The notes: generated from the sequence alone by a model not told the origin. Counted from the first letter of the stretch, positions 49,230-58,667 are shown. The stretch is 64,000 nt of DNA from Candidatus Rokubacteria bacterium RIFCSPLOWO2_02_FULL_73_56 (GCA_001788495.1 MGCF01000053.1:27756-91755), one strand, 5' to 3'. Program-made: numbers and translations.

Positions 49230-49392
49230 GAGTCAGGGCTCGCTCAAGCGCCGGCTCGAGTCACGGTCAACCCGGCCTCACAAGCGCATGCGGCCGACCG
49301 CGCGCAGGGCACGCGGTGGCTGATACGCCGCGTTCGCCGCACGGGGCGGAGCGACTGGCCGGGCTGAGGATTCGGATGGTTGGGCGGCGCGC

Positions 49393-50391
49393 GTGATGGA
49401 GTACCGGGATCTCGGCCGCACGGGGCTCGCCGTCTCGCTCCTCGGCTTCGGCTGCGGGAACGTGGGCGGGCTGCTGATCCGCGGCACGCCGGCCGAGCGG
49501 GAGCGCGCGGTGGCGCGCGCCGTGGAGCTGGGCGTGAACTACTTCGACACCGCGCCGCTCTACGGCGACGGCCGCTCGGAGGAGCACCTGGGGCAGGCGC
49601 TGCGCGCCCTCCGGCCGGCTGTCTACGTCGGGACCAAGGTCCGCCTGGCCCCGGCGGAGCTGGGCGACGTTCCGGGCGCCATCGCGCGCTCGCTCGAGGC
49701 GAGCCTCCGGCGCCTCGGGCTCGAGCGCGTGGACCTGCTCCAGCTCCACAACGCGATCGTGGCCGCGCCCGGCGGCCGCGGCGTCCCCGTCGGCACCGTG
49801 CTCGAGGCGGTCGTCCCCGCGCTCGTCCGGCTCCGCGAGCAGGGCAAGCTCCGCCTCCTCGGCGTGACGGCGCTCGGCGAGACGGACGCCGTGCAGCGGG
49901 CGCTCGCGGCCAGAGGGCTCGACACCGCGCAGGTCTGCTACAACCTGCTCGAGCCGAGCGCGGGCGTCGCCGTGCCGCCCGGCTTCCCGGCGCAGGACTT
50001 CGCCGGGGTGCTCGGGCGGGCGCGCGCGCACGGTGTCGGCGTCATCGTGATCCGGGCGCTCGCGGCGGGCGCGCTCAGCGGGACGCTCGAGCGCCACCCG
50101 GTGGCGGTGCCCACGGTCGAGCCGATCGCCTCGGGGCCCGACTACGCGACCGACGTCGCGCGCGCACGCCGGCTCGACGTCCTGGTGCGCGAGGGCCACG
50201 CGGCGAGCGTGGTCGAGGCGGCGCTGCGCTTCGCGGCGGCCGGGGAGGCGGTGTCCACGGTCCTCGTGGGCTGCTCGAGCCTGGCGCAGCTCGAGGCGGC
50301 CGCCGCCGCCCTCGCGCGCGGTCCGCTGCCGCCGGCGGCGCTCGACCGGGTGGCCGAGGCCTGGCGCGGCTTCGCCACGCGGGGCTGCTGA
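49393..50391 (+). CDS. aldo/keto reductase
   Basis: 332 aa (GTG 49393 or ATG 49396). AKR motifs are present (FDTAPLYGDGRSE, LLQLHN). Confidence 0.85.
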   Translation: MMEYRDLGRTGLAVSLLGFGCGNVGGLLIRGTPAERERAVARAVELGVNYFDTAPLYGDGRSEEHLGQALRALRPAVYVGTKVRLAPAELGDVPGAIARSLEASLRRLGLERVDLLQLHNAIVAAPGGRGVPVGTVLEAVVPALVRLREQGKLRLLGVTALGETDAVQRALAARGLDTAQVCYNLLEPSAGVAVPPGFPAQDFAGVLGRARAHGVGVIVIRALAAGALSGTLERHPVAVPTVEPIASGPDYATDVARARRLDVLVREGHAASVVEAALRFAAAGEAVSTVLVGCSSLAQLEAAAAALARGPLPPAALDRVAEAWRGFATRGC

Positions 50392-50398
50392 CCGCGCC

Positions 50399-50656
50399 CT
50401 ACCGGCGCGCGAGCCGGTTGTAGAGCCAGGCCAGCACGCCGCCAGCGATGCCGCCGTCCACCAGCGCGTAACACGTCCCGACCACGACCTGGACCAGGCT
50501 CCGCTCGCCGGTGTAGCCCGGGTAGACCGAGGCCATCGCCTGCAGGAACGCGACGCCGTAGGTCGGCCAGGTCAGGTTGGCGAGCGTGAGCACGAGCATG
50601 CAGGCGCCCCAGAGGATGCCGGCAGCGAGGGCGAGGCCCTTGACGTCGAGCTTCAT
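50399..50656 (-). CDS. small membrane protein (85 aa, 2-3 TM), unknown function
   Basis: MKLDVKGLALAAGILWGACMLVLTL... GAGGAGG RBS 7 nt upstream. Confidence 0.45.
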   Translation of the reverse strand: MKLDVKGLALAAGILWGACMLVLTLANLTWPTYGVAFLQAMASVYPGYTGERSLVQVVVGTCYALVDGGIAGGVLAWLYNRLARR

Positions 50657-51035
50657 ACGCGCCTCCTCGGCCCGGAGCCTCCCGGGCCCGCCCCAAGCAT
50701 ACGCCTCGCCCCACCGCTCCGCGCCGATGCCGAACCGCGCTGCGCCGGGAGGACCCGACGCGTCCCGCCAGCCGGCGAGGTGCTACTTTGTGCCCTGGAG
50801 GTGAAGGAGCGGGGGCATCGCGTGGCCGTGCTGGCCCCGGCGAGTGCGAAGGCGACTCGCCCTCGGCCTCCCTCCAGGCCGGCCGTCGCGCCGGGCCAGC
50901 CGCGCGCTCACCAGGCTCCGGGAAGAGCACGCGTGAGGCGCCCGCCTGAGGTGCACCGCCCCGCCGCCGCGCGGGCCCGCCCGGCTTGACACCGTCCCGG
51001 CCGGGTGCTGAACTGGCGCCCACCGGGAGGGCCCG

Positions 51036-51869
51036 ATGGCCGAGATCGTCGCCGCGCTGCTCACGTCCCACGCCCCGCTGATCACCGGGCGGCCCGAGGT
51101 GGGCAAGCCGGAGCAGCGGGACCACCTCTACGCCGGCTTCGCCGAGCTGCGCCGGCGGCTCGCCGCGGCGCGCCCCGATCTCATCGTGATGTTCGTCAAC
51201 GACCACCTCCAGAACTTCGCCTACGACAACCTGCCCGCCTTCTGCATCGGCCTGGCGGACGCCTACGACGCGCCGAGCCCCGGCGGCGCGCGGCTCATGC
51301 GGCTCACGCCGCGAAAGATCCCGGGCGCGCCCGCGTGGTCCATGGCGCTCCTCGAGCGCGGCCTCGCCGCCGGCTTCGACTTCGCGTACTCGTACGAGAT
51401 CGAGAGCTGGGACGAGCTGTCGGTCCCGCTGCACTTCCTGACGCCGGAGGGCACGGTGCCGATCGCGCCCGTCTACACGAACTGCGGGGCGCCGCCGCTG
51501 CCGACGCTGCGGCGCTGCCACGAGGTCGGCGCGCTCGTCGGCGCCTTCGTCCGCTCGCGGCCCGCGACGGAGCGCGTCGCGCTGGTCGCCACGGGCGGGG
51601 TCTCGCACTGGGTCGGCACCCCCGAGACCGGGCGGATCAATCCCGACTGGGACCAGCGCGTGCTCGACCACGTCGCGCGCGCCGACGTCGAGCCGCTGCT
51701 GGGCTGGAGCTGGGCCGAGATCGAGCGCGACGGCGGCAACGGCGGGCAGGAGATCCGCAACTGGATCGCGCTGCTCGGCGCCGTGCCCGGCTGGAAGGGC
51801 GAGGTGCTCGCCTACGCGCCGGTCGCCGAGTGGATCACCGGCTGCGCGACCGTGTGGGTGCACCCGTGA
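51036..51869 (+). CDS. class III extradiol ring-cleavage dioxygenase, catalytic subunit (LigB family)
   Basis: 277 aa. MAEIVAALLTSHAPLI...VNDHLQNF...H are LigB-family metal ligands. Confidence 0.8.
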   Translation: MAEIVAALLTSHAPLITGRPEVGKPEQRDHLYAGFAELRRRLAAARPDLIVMFVNDHLQNFAYDNLPAFCIGLADAYDAPSPGGARLMRLTPRKIPGAPAWSMALLERGLAAGFDFAYSYEIESWDELSVPLHFLTPEGTVPIAPVYTNCGAPPLPTLRRCHEVGALVGAFVRSRPATERVALVATGGVSHWVGTPETGRINPDWDQRVLDHVARADVEPLLGWSWAEIERDGGNGGQEIRNWIALLGAVPGWKGEVLAYAPVAEWITGCATVWVHP

Positions 51870-52081
51870 TCGCCACCTCGTACGCGCTGAACAAGGTCCT
51901 GACCGCGATCGCGCGCCAGCACGCGACGCGGGAGCGACTCACCGACGAGGACCTCGCCGGCCACGCGCTCGGCGAGGAGGAGCGGCGGGCGCTCAAGGCG
52001 GGCGACATCGTGGGCCTCTACCAGCTCGGCGCCAACCCGTACCTGATCCGCCGCGTGTTCAGGCCGCGCTTCCCGATCTAG
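51866..52081 (+). CDS. LigA-like small subunit of extradiol dioxygenase (71 aa)
   Basis: GTG overlaps the ligB stop (GTGA). VIATSYALNKVLTAIARQHATRERL...LYQLGANPYLIRRVF. It is visible as the tail of track ORF 51005..52081. Confidence 0.45.
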   Translation: MIATSYALNKVLTAIARQHATRERLTDEDLAGHALGEEERRALKAGDIVGLYQLGANPYLIRRVFRPRFPI

Positions 52082-52100
52082 TCAACCAAGGAGGACAGGC

Positions 52101-53135
52101 GTGGCGACGTTCAAGGTGGTCACCCCGGCCGGCGCGCCCGGCGCGGGCTACGAGTTCGAGCTGGAAGCCCTCCGCCCGCTCGGGGCGGAGATCGTCGAGG
52201 TCGCCGCCGGCGGCGAGGACGAGTTCATCCGCGCCGCCCGGCAGGCCGACGCGCTCTACGCCAAGGGGCGGCGGATCACGAAGGGCATCGTCGACGGCCT
52301 CGAGCGCTGCCGCGTGATCGCCCTCGGGAGCGTCGGCGTGGACTCGGTGGACGTCGCCGCGGCCACCGCGCGCGGGATTCCGGTCACCAACGTCCCCGAC
52401 ACGTTCATCGAGGAAGTCGCCGACCACGCGATGATGCTGATCCTCGCCACCTTCCGCCGGCTCGTCGTCCAGGACCGGCTCGTGCGCGAGGGGCGCTGGA
52501 AGGAAGGCCGGCCGCTCCTCTCGCGCTTCCCCCGCCTCATGGGCCAGACGCTCGGCTTCGTCGCCTTCGGCCACGTCGCGCGGGCCGTCGCGGTGCGGGC
52601 CCGGCCCTTCGGCCTGCACCTCCTGGCCTACGACCCCTTCGTCGAGGAGCTGGTCATGAGCCAGCACGGGGTCGAGCCGGTGAACCTGACCGAGCTGCTG
52701 CAGCGCTCGGACATCGTCTCGATGCACGCTCCCTCGACGCCCGAGGCGCACCACCTGCTGACCGAGGAGCACTTCCGGCTGATGAAGCGCGAGGCGCTCT
52801 TCGTCAACACCGGGCGCGGCCCGACGGTGGACGAGCCGGCGCTCAGCAAGGCCCTGCAGGAGGGCTGGATCGCGGGCGCCGGCCTCGACGTCCTCGAGGA
52901 GGAGCCGCCGGCGCCGGGCAACCCGCTGCTCCGGCTGGACAACGTCATCCTCACGCCGCACGTGGCGTCGGCCTCGGCGCGCTTCGACCCGGTGCGCCGG
53001 CGCCGGGTCGGCCAGGAGATCGCGGCGGTGCTGGGCGGGCGCTGGCCCCGGAGCTGCGTGAACCCCTCGGTCCTCGAGAAGAGCGGGCTCGTGCGCTGGC
53101 AGCCCTACTCGATGGAGCGCGGCCCCGGCGCCTAG
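52101..53135 (+). CDS. D-isomer-specific 2-hydroxyacid dehydrogenase (phosphoglycerate dehydrogenase-like)
   Basis: 344 aa. GTG start with AAGGAGGA 5 nt upstream. NAD-binding GFVAFGHVARAV and catalytic R/E/H region are present. Confidence 0.85.
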   Translation: MATFKVVTPAGAPGAGYEFELEALRPLGAEIVEVAAGGEDEFIRAARQADALYAKGRRITKGIVDGLERCRVIALGSVGVDSVDVAAATARGIPVTNVPDTFIEEVADHAMMLILATFRRLVVQDRLVREGRWKEGRPLLSRFPRLMGQTLGFVAFGHVARAVAVRARPFGLHLLAYDPFVEELVMSQHGVEPVNLTELLQRSDIVSMHAPSTPEAHHLLTEEHFRLMKREALFVNTGRGPTVDEPALSKALQEGWIAGAGLDVLEEEPPAPGNPLLRLDNVILTPHVASASARFDPVRRRRVGQEIAAVLGGRWPRSCVNPSVLEKSGLVRWQPYSMERGPGA

Positions 53136-53154
53136 ACGCCCCGTCTCGCGCCGC

Positions 53155-53721
53155 TCAGACGAGCCAGCGGGCGAGGCGCGCCAGGCGGCTGCCACGGGCG
53201 GCCGCGCGCTCGAGCGGGCCCGCGAGGAAGGCGTCCACGCCGAAGCTGCGGCCGGCGTCCGTGAGCAGGAACAGGGCCGGGAGCGTGAGCAGCATCACGT
53301 AGGTCCAGCCCCACTCGTGCGGCACGCCCAGGATGCCGACCGTGATGTTCGCGGCCATGCCGAGGGCGACGAGCGCGCCGAGCCGCGTGCCGAGCCCGAG
53401 CATCAGCGTGACGCCGATGAAGGTTTCGGTGAGCAGGGTCATCCAGCCGAAGAACGTCCAGTGCGGGATCATCACGGTGACCAGGAAGTCCCGGTACGCG
53501 CCCACCGTCGGGTGCTGGATCTCCTGCTGGACCCAGTACCACAGGCCGCCGCCCGACGTCCGGCCGAAGTCGTCCGACGGGACCTTCCAGGCCGACTGCT
53601 GCCACCAGAGGTACCCGTAGAGGATCCGCGCCAGGCCGAGCGGCCAGAGCGGGGCGGTCGCGCGCAGCCACCCCGCGAGCGCCCCCGGCCGGGCCTCCGT
53701 CGTCGTCCGGCTCATCGTCAT
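53155..53721 (-). CDS. DoxX-like membrane protein
   Basis: 188 aa from MTMSRTTT, with 4 TM. It is the 3' part of track ORF 53155..54072. Confidence 0.45.
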   Translation of the reverse strand: MTMSRTTTEARPGALAGWLRATAPLWPLGLARILYGYLWWQQSAWKVPSDDFGRTSGGGLWYWVQQEIQHPTVGAYRDFLVTVMIPHWTFFGWMTLLTETFIGVTLMLGLGTRLGALVALGMAANITVGILGVPHEWGWTYVMLLTLPALFLLTDAGRSFGVDAFLAGPLERAAARGSRLARLARWLV

Positions 53722-53947
53722 CCCCCCGTCCAGCGTGACCGCCTCGTCCCCTTGTACCCGCAGGCGCACCCTCCTGTCACCTGGGACACCCCGCCCGCCC
53801 GGCCGGGTGCGGCGAACCCGCCGGGCCGCGCGGCGTGTCTCAGCCGTGGGCGCGTGTGCCCGCGGCCGTTGTTTGCACGGTTGTGACAATCGCCGATCAC
53901 GGCCGGGGCACCATCCACGGACCGGCAGCCGGGGGCGACGGGCGACG

Positions 53948-54628
53948 ATGCGAGTCACGGTGATCATTCCTGCGCTGAACGAGGAGGCGGCGATCGCCGG
54001 CGTCGTGCGCGAGGTTCCTCGCGAGCTCGTGGGCGAGGTCATCGTCGTGGACAACGGCAGCACCGACCGCACCGCCGAGCGCGCGCGCGCCGCCGGGGCG
54101 CGGGTCGTCCGGGAGCCCGAGCGCGGCTACGGCGCGGCGTGCATGGCGGGGGTGCGCGCGGCCGGTGACGCCGACGTGCTCGTCTTCCTCGACGGCGACC
54201 GGAACGAGGACCCCGCGGAGCTGGCCCGGGTCCTCGGCCCCGTCCTGGCGGGCCGCGCCGACCTCGTCATCGGCTCGCGCGTGCGCGGCCCGCGCGGTGC
54301 CCGGGCGCTCCCGCCGCAGCAGCGCGCGGGCAACCGCGTGGTCGCCCTGCTCCTCCGGCGCCTCTACGGCCTGGCCCTCACGGACGTCGGGCCGTTCCGC
54401 GCCGTGCCCGCGCGCGTGCTCCACGACCTCGGCCTGGAGCACCGCACGTACGGCTGGCCGGTCGAGATGCTCGTCAAGGCGGCGCGCCGCGGCTACCGCA
54501 TCGTCGAGGTGCCCGTGAGCTGCCGGCCGCGCATCGGCCGCTCCAAGGTGGGCGGCACGCTCCGGGGCAGCGTGCTCGCGGGCTACCACATGCTCCGCAC
54601 CACGCTCACGTACGCCTGGAGGCGCTGA
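53948..54628 (+). CDS. family 2 glycosyltransferase (DPM1/GtrB-like)
   Basis: 226 aa from MRVTVIIPALNEE, with a DxD-type motif (FLDGDR). It is the 3' part of ORF 53735..54628. Confidence 0.8.
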   Translation: MRVTVIIPALNEEAAIAGVVREVPRELVGEVIVVDNGSTDRTAERARAAGARVVREPERGYGAACMAGVRAAGDADVLVFLDGDRNEDPAELARVLGPVLAGRADLVIGSRVRGPRGARALPPQQRAGNRVVALLLRRLYGLALTDVGPFRAVPARVLHDLGLEHRTYGWPVEMLVKAARRGYRIVEVPVSCRPRIGRSKVGGTLRGSVLAGYHMLRTTLTYAWRR

Positions 54629-54631
54629 CGG

Positions 54632-55624
54632 ATGGCCTTCTCGGTCGGGATCGGGCTCACGAACGAGTGCAATCTCCGCTGTCCGCACTGCTACCGACCG
54701 GACCGCGCGGTCGCGCGCCTGACCCTCGCGGACGTCCGCCGCGTGTGCGAGGCGCTCCCGGTGCGCTCGATGAACCTGGGCGTGGGCGAGAACGGCCTGC
54801 ACCCCGAGTACGGCGCGATCCTCGACTACCTGTGGCGGCGCGGCGTGCGCACGAGCATCACCTCGAACGGCCTGAGCCTCGAGGCGCTGCCCGACGACGC
54901 GCTCAAGCGCTTCCACAGCGTCGAGTGCTCGCTCGACTTCCCCACCGAGCCCGCGCACGACGCCTTCCGCGGGCGCGGCAACTGGCGCGCGGTGGCGGGC
55001 GCGCTCGAGCGGTGCGGCGTCCTCGGGGTGCCGGTGACGGTCACGGCCGTCATGATGAGCGTCAACCACGACCGGCTCGACGCGCTGGCACGCGTGGCGG
55101 CGGGCTTCGGCTGCGACCTCCGCGTGAACGTCTACCAGCCCTCCCGCACGGACCGGTTCACGCTCTCGTACGCGCAGTTCTGGGAGGGCTTCCGGCGCCT
55201 CCTCGGCGGCGCGCGCCTCGTGGCCACGACCGAGCCCGTGCTCGCGGGCGTGCTCGGGATCGCCGGCTTCCAGGGGCCCGCGTGCGGCCGCTCCACGGTC
55301 CGCGTGGCGCCGGACGGGCGGGTCCTGCCCTGCACCTACTGGCCCGAGAGCGCGCTCACGCTGGCCGACCTCGCCGCGCGCGGCGCCGGCATCGTGGAGG
55401 CGCCCGAGTTCGCGCAGGCCCGTGGCGTGTCGGCCGCGTGCGCCGGCTGCCCCTGCCGCGGCGGCTGCGCCGGCCGCCGCGCCCTGGCGGGCGGCCTCGA
55501 CGCCCCGGATCCGTACTGTCCGTTCGCGCGCGGCGAGCGGGTCGCCCTCGACTGGGAGGCGGCGCCGGGCGAGGACATGCCGAAGATGGGCAGCGCGTGC
55601 ACGACGCTCGTGTCGGCGCGCTGA
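54632..55624 (+). CDS. radical SAM protein with C-terminal SPASM/Cys-rich domain
   Basis: CNLRCPHC (CxxxCxxC) at the N-terminus. C-terminal cysteines lie in CTYWPE...CAGCPCRGGCAGRR...CPF. Confidence 0.8.
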   Translation: MAFSVGIGLTNECNLRCPHCYRPDRAVARLTLADVRRVCEALPVRSMNLGVGENGLHPEYGAILDYLWRRGVRTSITSNGLSLEALPDDALKRFHSVECSLDFPTEPAHDAFRGRGNWRAVAGALERCGVLGVPVTVTAVMMSVNHDRLDALARVAAGFGCDLRVNVYQPSRTDRFTLSYAQFWEGFRRLLGGARLVATTEPVLAGVLGIAGFQGPACGRSTVRVAPDGRVLPCTYWPESALTLADLAARGAGIVEAPEFAQARGVSAACAGCPCRGGCAGRRALAGGLDAPDPYCPFARGERVALDWEAAPGEDMPKMGSACTTLVSAR

Positions 55625-55635
55625 GGGCGCCGCGC

Positions 55636-56643
55636 GTGGACACCTCGCCGCGCCCGGCGGTCGTCCCCACCCTGCCGCGCTCGCTCTACCTCGAGGTCAC
55701 CAACCGCTGCGACTCCGCCTGCCAGACGTGCCTCCGCACGTTCCGCACGCTCGAGCCGCCCGCGGACCTGGACCTCGGGCGCGTGCGGGCGCTCGTCGCG
55801 GGGCTTCCCGCGCTCGACCGCGTGGTGCTCCACGGGATCGGCGAGCCGCTGCTCAATCGCCACCTCTTCGACATCGTCGCCTTCCTCAAGGCGCGCGGCG
55901 CGCGCGTGCTCTTCAACTCCGACGCGATCGGCCTGACCGAGCCCCGCGCGGTCCGGCTGATCGAGAGCGGGCTCGACGAGCTCCGCGTCTCCATGGACGC
56001 GGCGACGCGCGCGACGTACCGCCGCGTGCGCGGCGTGGACCGCCTCGACCGCGTCGTGGCCAACGTGGGCCGCCTCGTCGCGCTCGAGCGCGCCCGCGGC
56101 GGCGCGCCGCCGCGCGTCTCGCTCTGGTTCACGGCCTCGCGGGCGAACCTCGAGGAGCTGCCCGACTTCGTCGGGCTGGCCGCGCGCGTGGGCGCGCCGG
56201 AGGTGCACGTGCAGCGGCTCGTGTGGAACGGCCTCGGCCTCGCGACGCGCGCGAACTCGCTCCACCGCGCCCTGGTCGAGCGCGAGCGCGGCCTCCTCGC
56301 CGAGGCCGAGGCGCGCGCGCGCGCGGCGGGGATCGCGCTCTCCGCCTCGGGCCTCAGCACGCCGCTCGCGAGCCTCGCGGACGGGCCGAGCGGCGCGCGG
56401 CCCTGGGCGGGCTGCCAGCGGCCGTGGACCCTCGCCTACGTGACGGCGAACGGCAACGTGCTCCCGTGCTGCATCTCGCCGTGGGTCGCGCGCGACTACG
56501 CGGGGCTCGTCCTCGGCAACGCGTTCGCCGAGCCGCTCGAGGTGATCTGGAACGGCGAGCGCTACCGGCGCTTCCGGGCGCGCTTCGAGAGCGACGTGGC
56601 CCCGGACCCCTGCCGCGGCTGCGGGCGACTCTGGAGCCTCTGA
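55636..56643 (+). CDS. radical SAM protein with C-terminal SPASM/Cys-rich domain (second copy)
   Basis: GTG start. CDSACQTC is the radical-SAM motif. C-terminal cysteines lie in CQRPW...CCISPW...CRGCG. It is the 3' part of ORF 54667..56643. Confidence 0.75.
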   Translation: MDTSPRPAVVPTLPRSLYLEVTNRCDSACQTCLRTFRTLEPPADLDLGRVRALVAGLPALDRVVLHGIGEPLLNRHLFDIVAFLKARGARVLFNSDAIGLTEPRAVRLIESGLDELRVSMDAATRATYRRVRGVDRLDRVVANVGRLVALERARGGAPPRVSLWFTASRANLEELPDFVGLAARVGAPEVHVQRLVWNGLGLATRANSLHRALVERERGLLAEAEARARAAGIALSASGLSTPLASLADGPSGARPWAGCQRPWTLAYVTANGNVLPCCISPWVARDYAGLVLGNAFAEPLEVIWNGERYRRFRARFESDVAPDPCRGCGRLWSL

Positions 56644-58667
56644 TGCGCCGCCGCACGCTCGTGCGCGCCGGCGTCACCGCGGCGGGGCTCGGGAGCCTGC
56701 CGCTCTACGGGCTCGACCTCCACGCGCGCGTCGGCGCGGACCTCGGCGTCCTCGCCGTGTACGTGGCGCTCTTCGCGGGCCTCTTCGGGCTCTACCTGCT
56801 GACCGCGTGGGCCGTCCTCGCGCGGCCCGCCCGCGATCCGCTGGTGCTCGCGCTCGTGCTCGGCTTCGGGCTCGCGTTCCGCGTCGCGGTCCTGCCGACG
56901 CCCGTCGTGCTCTCGTCCGACGTCTACCGCTACCTCTGGGACGGCCGCGTGCAGCGCGCGGGCATCAACCCGTACCGCCACCCGCCCGCGGCGCCCGAGC
57001 TCCGGCCCCTGCGCGACGCGCGCATCCACGCGGCCATCAACCGGCCCGCGGCGCCCACCATCTACCCGCCGGGCGCCCAGGCGGCCTTCCTCGCGGTCAC
57101 CTGGCTCGCGCCCGACAGCCTGCTCGCCTGGCGGGGGTTCCTGCTCCTGTGCGAGCTCGCCACCGGCGTGCTGCTCCTGCGGCTCCTGGACCGGCTGGCC
57201 GTGCCGCGCGAGGCCATCATCCTCTACGCGTGGGCGCCGCTCGCGGTCTTCGAGGGCGTGCAGGCGGGGCACCTCGAGGTCGCCGTCCTGCCCGCGCTCC
57301 TGCTGGCGCTCCTCTGGCGCCAGGACGGGCGGATGCTGCGCGCGGGCGCGGCCCTCGGCGTCGCGGTCCTCGTCAAGCTCTACCCGGCGGTGCTGCTGCT
57401 CGCCTGGTGGCGCCGGGGCGATCGCCGCCTGCCCGCGGCGTGCGCGGTCGTCGTCGCCGCCGGCTACCTGCCGTACCTCGCCGGCGCGGGCGCCGGGGTC
57501 GTGGGCTTCCTGCCCGCGTACTTCACGCGCGCCGAGGACTTCAACGTGGGCCTGCGCCACTTCCTGACCGCGGCGGTCGGGCTCGGCGGCGAGGGCCCGC
57601 GCGCCGTCGCGATGCTCGGTCTCCTCGCCCTCCTGCTCGGCGTGCTCCTCCGGATCCGGCGCGAGGCGACGGACGACGCGGCCGGCGTCTTCCGGGCGGG
57701 CATGGCCGCCGCCTCGGCCTACCTCGTCCTCGTGCCCACCTCGATGCACCCGTGGTACGCGGTCTTCATCCTGCCCTTCGTCGCGGTGAGCCCGTCGCCC
57801 GCCTGGGTCTGGTTCACCGGTGCCGTGAGCCTCTCCTACCTCGCCTACGCCTGGCTGCCCGCGCCGTTCCCGCTCTGGCTCCGCGCCGTCGAGTGGGCAC
57901 CGCTCTGGGCGCTGCTGCTGGTGGACCTCCGCGCGTGGCCGCGCGCCTTCCTGCCGCGCCGTGCGAGAGTGGAAGGCGTGGCGGCCGAGCCCGAGGTCGC
58001 GGTCGCGATCATGGCCAAGGCGCCCGTGGCGGGCGCCGTGAAGACGCGCCTCTGCCCGCCGCTCGCGCCCGGGCAGGCGGCGGCGCTCGCCCGCTGCTTC
58101 CTCCTCGACAAGCTCGGCCAGCTCCGGACGCTGCGCGGGGCCCGGCCGGTCGTCGCGTTCAGCCCGGCCGACGCCGCCGACCTCTTCCGCGCGCTCGCGC
58201 CCGGGGTCGACCTGCTGGCCCAGCGCGGCCCCGACCTCGGCGCGCGCCTGGCCGCGGTGCTCGGCGACCTCCTGGCCCGGGGCGCCCCGGCCGCCATCGC
58301 CGTGGACAGCGACACGCCGAGCCTCCCGGCGGCCTTCGTGCAGATGGCGGTGGACCGCCTGGCCGATCCCGCGGTGGACCTCGTGCTCGGCCCGAGCGAG
58401 GACGGCGGCTATTACCTGATCGGCATGCCGCGCGTCCACGGCGCGCTCTTCGCGGCGATGCCCTGGAGCACGCCCGACGTGCTGGCCGAGACCGAGCGGC
58501 GCGCACGGGCCGCGGGGCTCCGCGTCGTCCGGCTGCCGGTCTGGTTCGACGTGGACACCGCCGCGGACCTCGAGCGGCTGCGCGCCGCGCTCGCCCGGGG
58601 CGAGGGCGCCCCGGCGCCGGCGACCCGCGCGCTCCTTGCGGCGTGGCGCGCGACGGCGCCGGCCTGA
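56643..58667 (+). CDS. fusion protein with an N-terminal polytopic GT-C-like (DUF2029-like) membrane glycosyltransferase domain and a C-terminal DUF2064 nucleotide-diphospho-sugar-transferase-like domain
   Basis: 674 aa. The ATG overlaps the upstream stop (TGATG). The first ~440 aa are multi-TM. The C-terminal ~200 aa (VAVAIMAKAPVAGAVKTRLCPPL...AIAVDSDTP...GPSEDGGYYLIGM) matches DUF2064. Confidence 0.6.
   Translation: MRRRTLVRAGVTAAGLGSLPLYGLDLHARVGADLGVLAVYVALFAGLFGLYLLTAWAVLARPARDPLVLALVLGFGLAFRVAVLPTPVVLSSDVYRYLWDGRVQRAGINPYRHPPAAPELRPLRDARIHAAINRPAAPTIYPPGAQAAFLAVTWLAPDSLLAWRGFLLLCELATGVLLLRLLDRLAVPREAIILYAWAPLAVFEGVQAGHLEVAVLPALLLALLWRQDGRMLRAGAALGVAVLVKLYPAVLLLAWWRRGDRRLPAACAVVVAAGYLPYLAGAGAGVVGFLPAYFTRAEDFNVGLRHFLTAAVGLGGEGPRAVAMLGLLALLLGVLLRIRREATDDAAGVFRAGMAAASAYLVLVPTSMHPWYAVFILPFVAVSPSPAWVWFTGAVSLSYLAYAWLPAPFPLWLRAVEWAPLWALLLVDLRAWPRAFLPRRARVEGVAAEPEVAVAIMAKAPVAGAVKTRLCPPLAPGQAAALARCFLLDKLGQLRTLRGARPVVAFSPADAADLFRALAPGVDLLAQRGPDLGARLAAVLGDLLARGAPAAIAVDSDTPSLPAAFVQMAVDRLADPAVDLVLGPSEDGGYYLIGMPRVHGALFAAMPWSTPDVLAETERRARAAGLRVVRLPVWFDVDTAADLERLRAALARGEGAPAPATRALLAAWRATAPA

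Noticed and set aside
50780-50989. 69-aa ORF (MLLCALEVKERGHRVAVLAPASAKA...) in the 379-bp divergent gap before ligB
   Set aside because: It has no start context and becomes low-complexity after about 25 residues. It may be a tiny gene fragment, but the evidence is insufficient.
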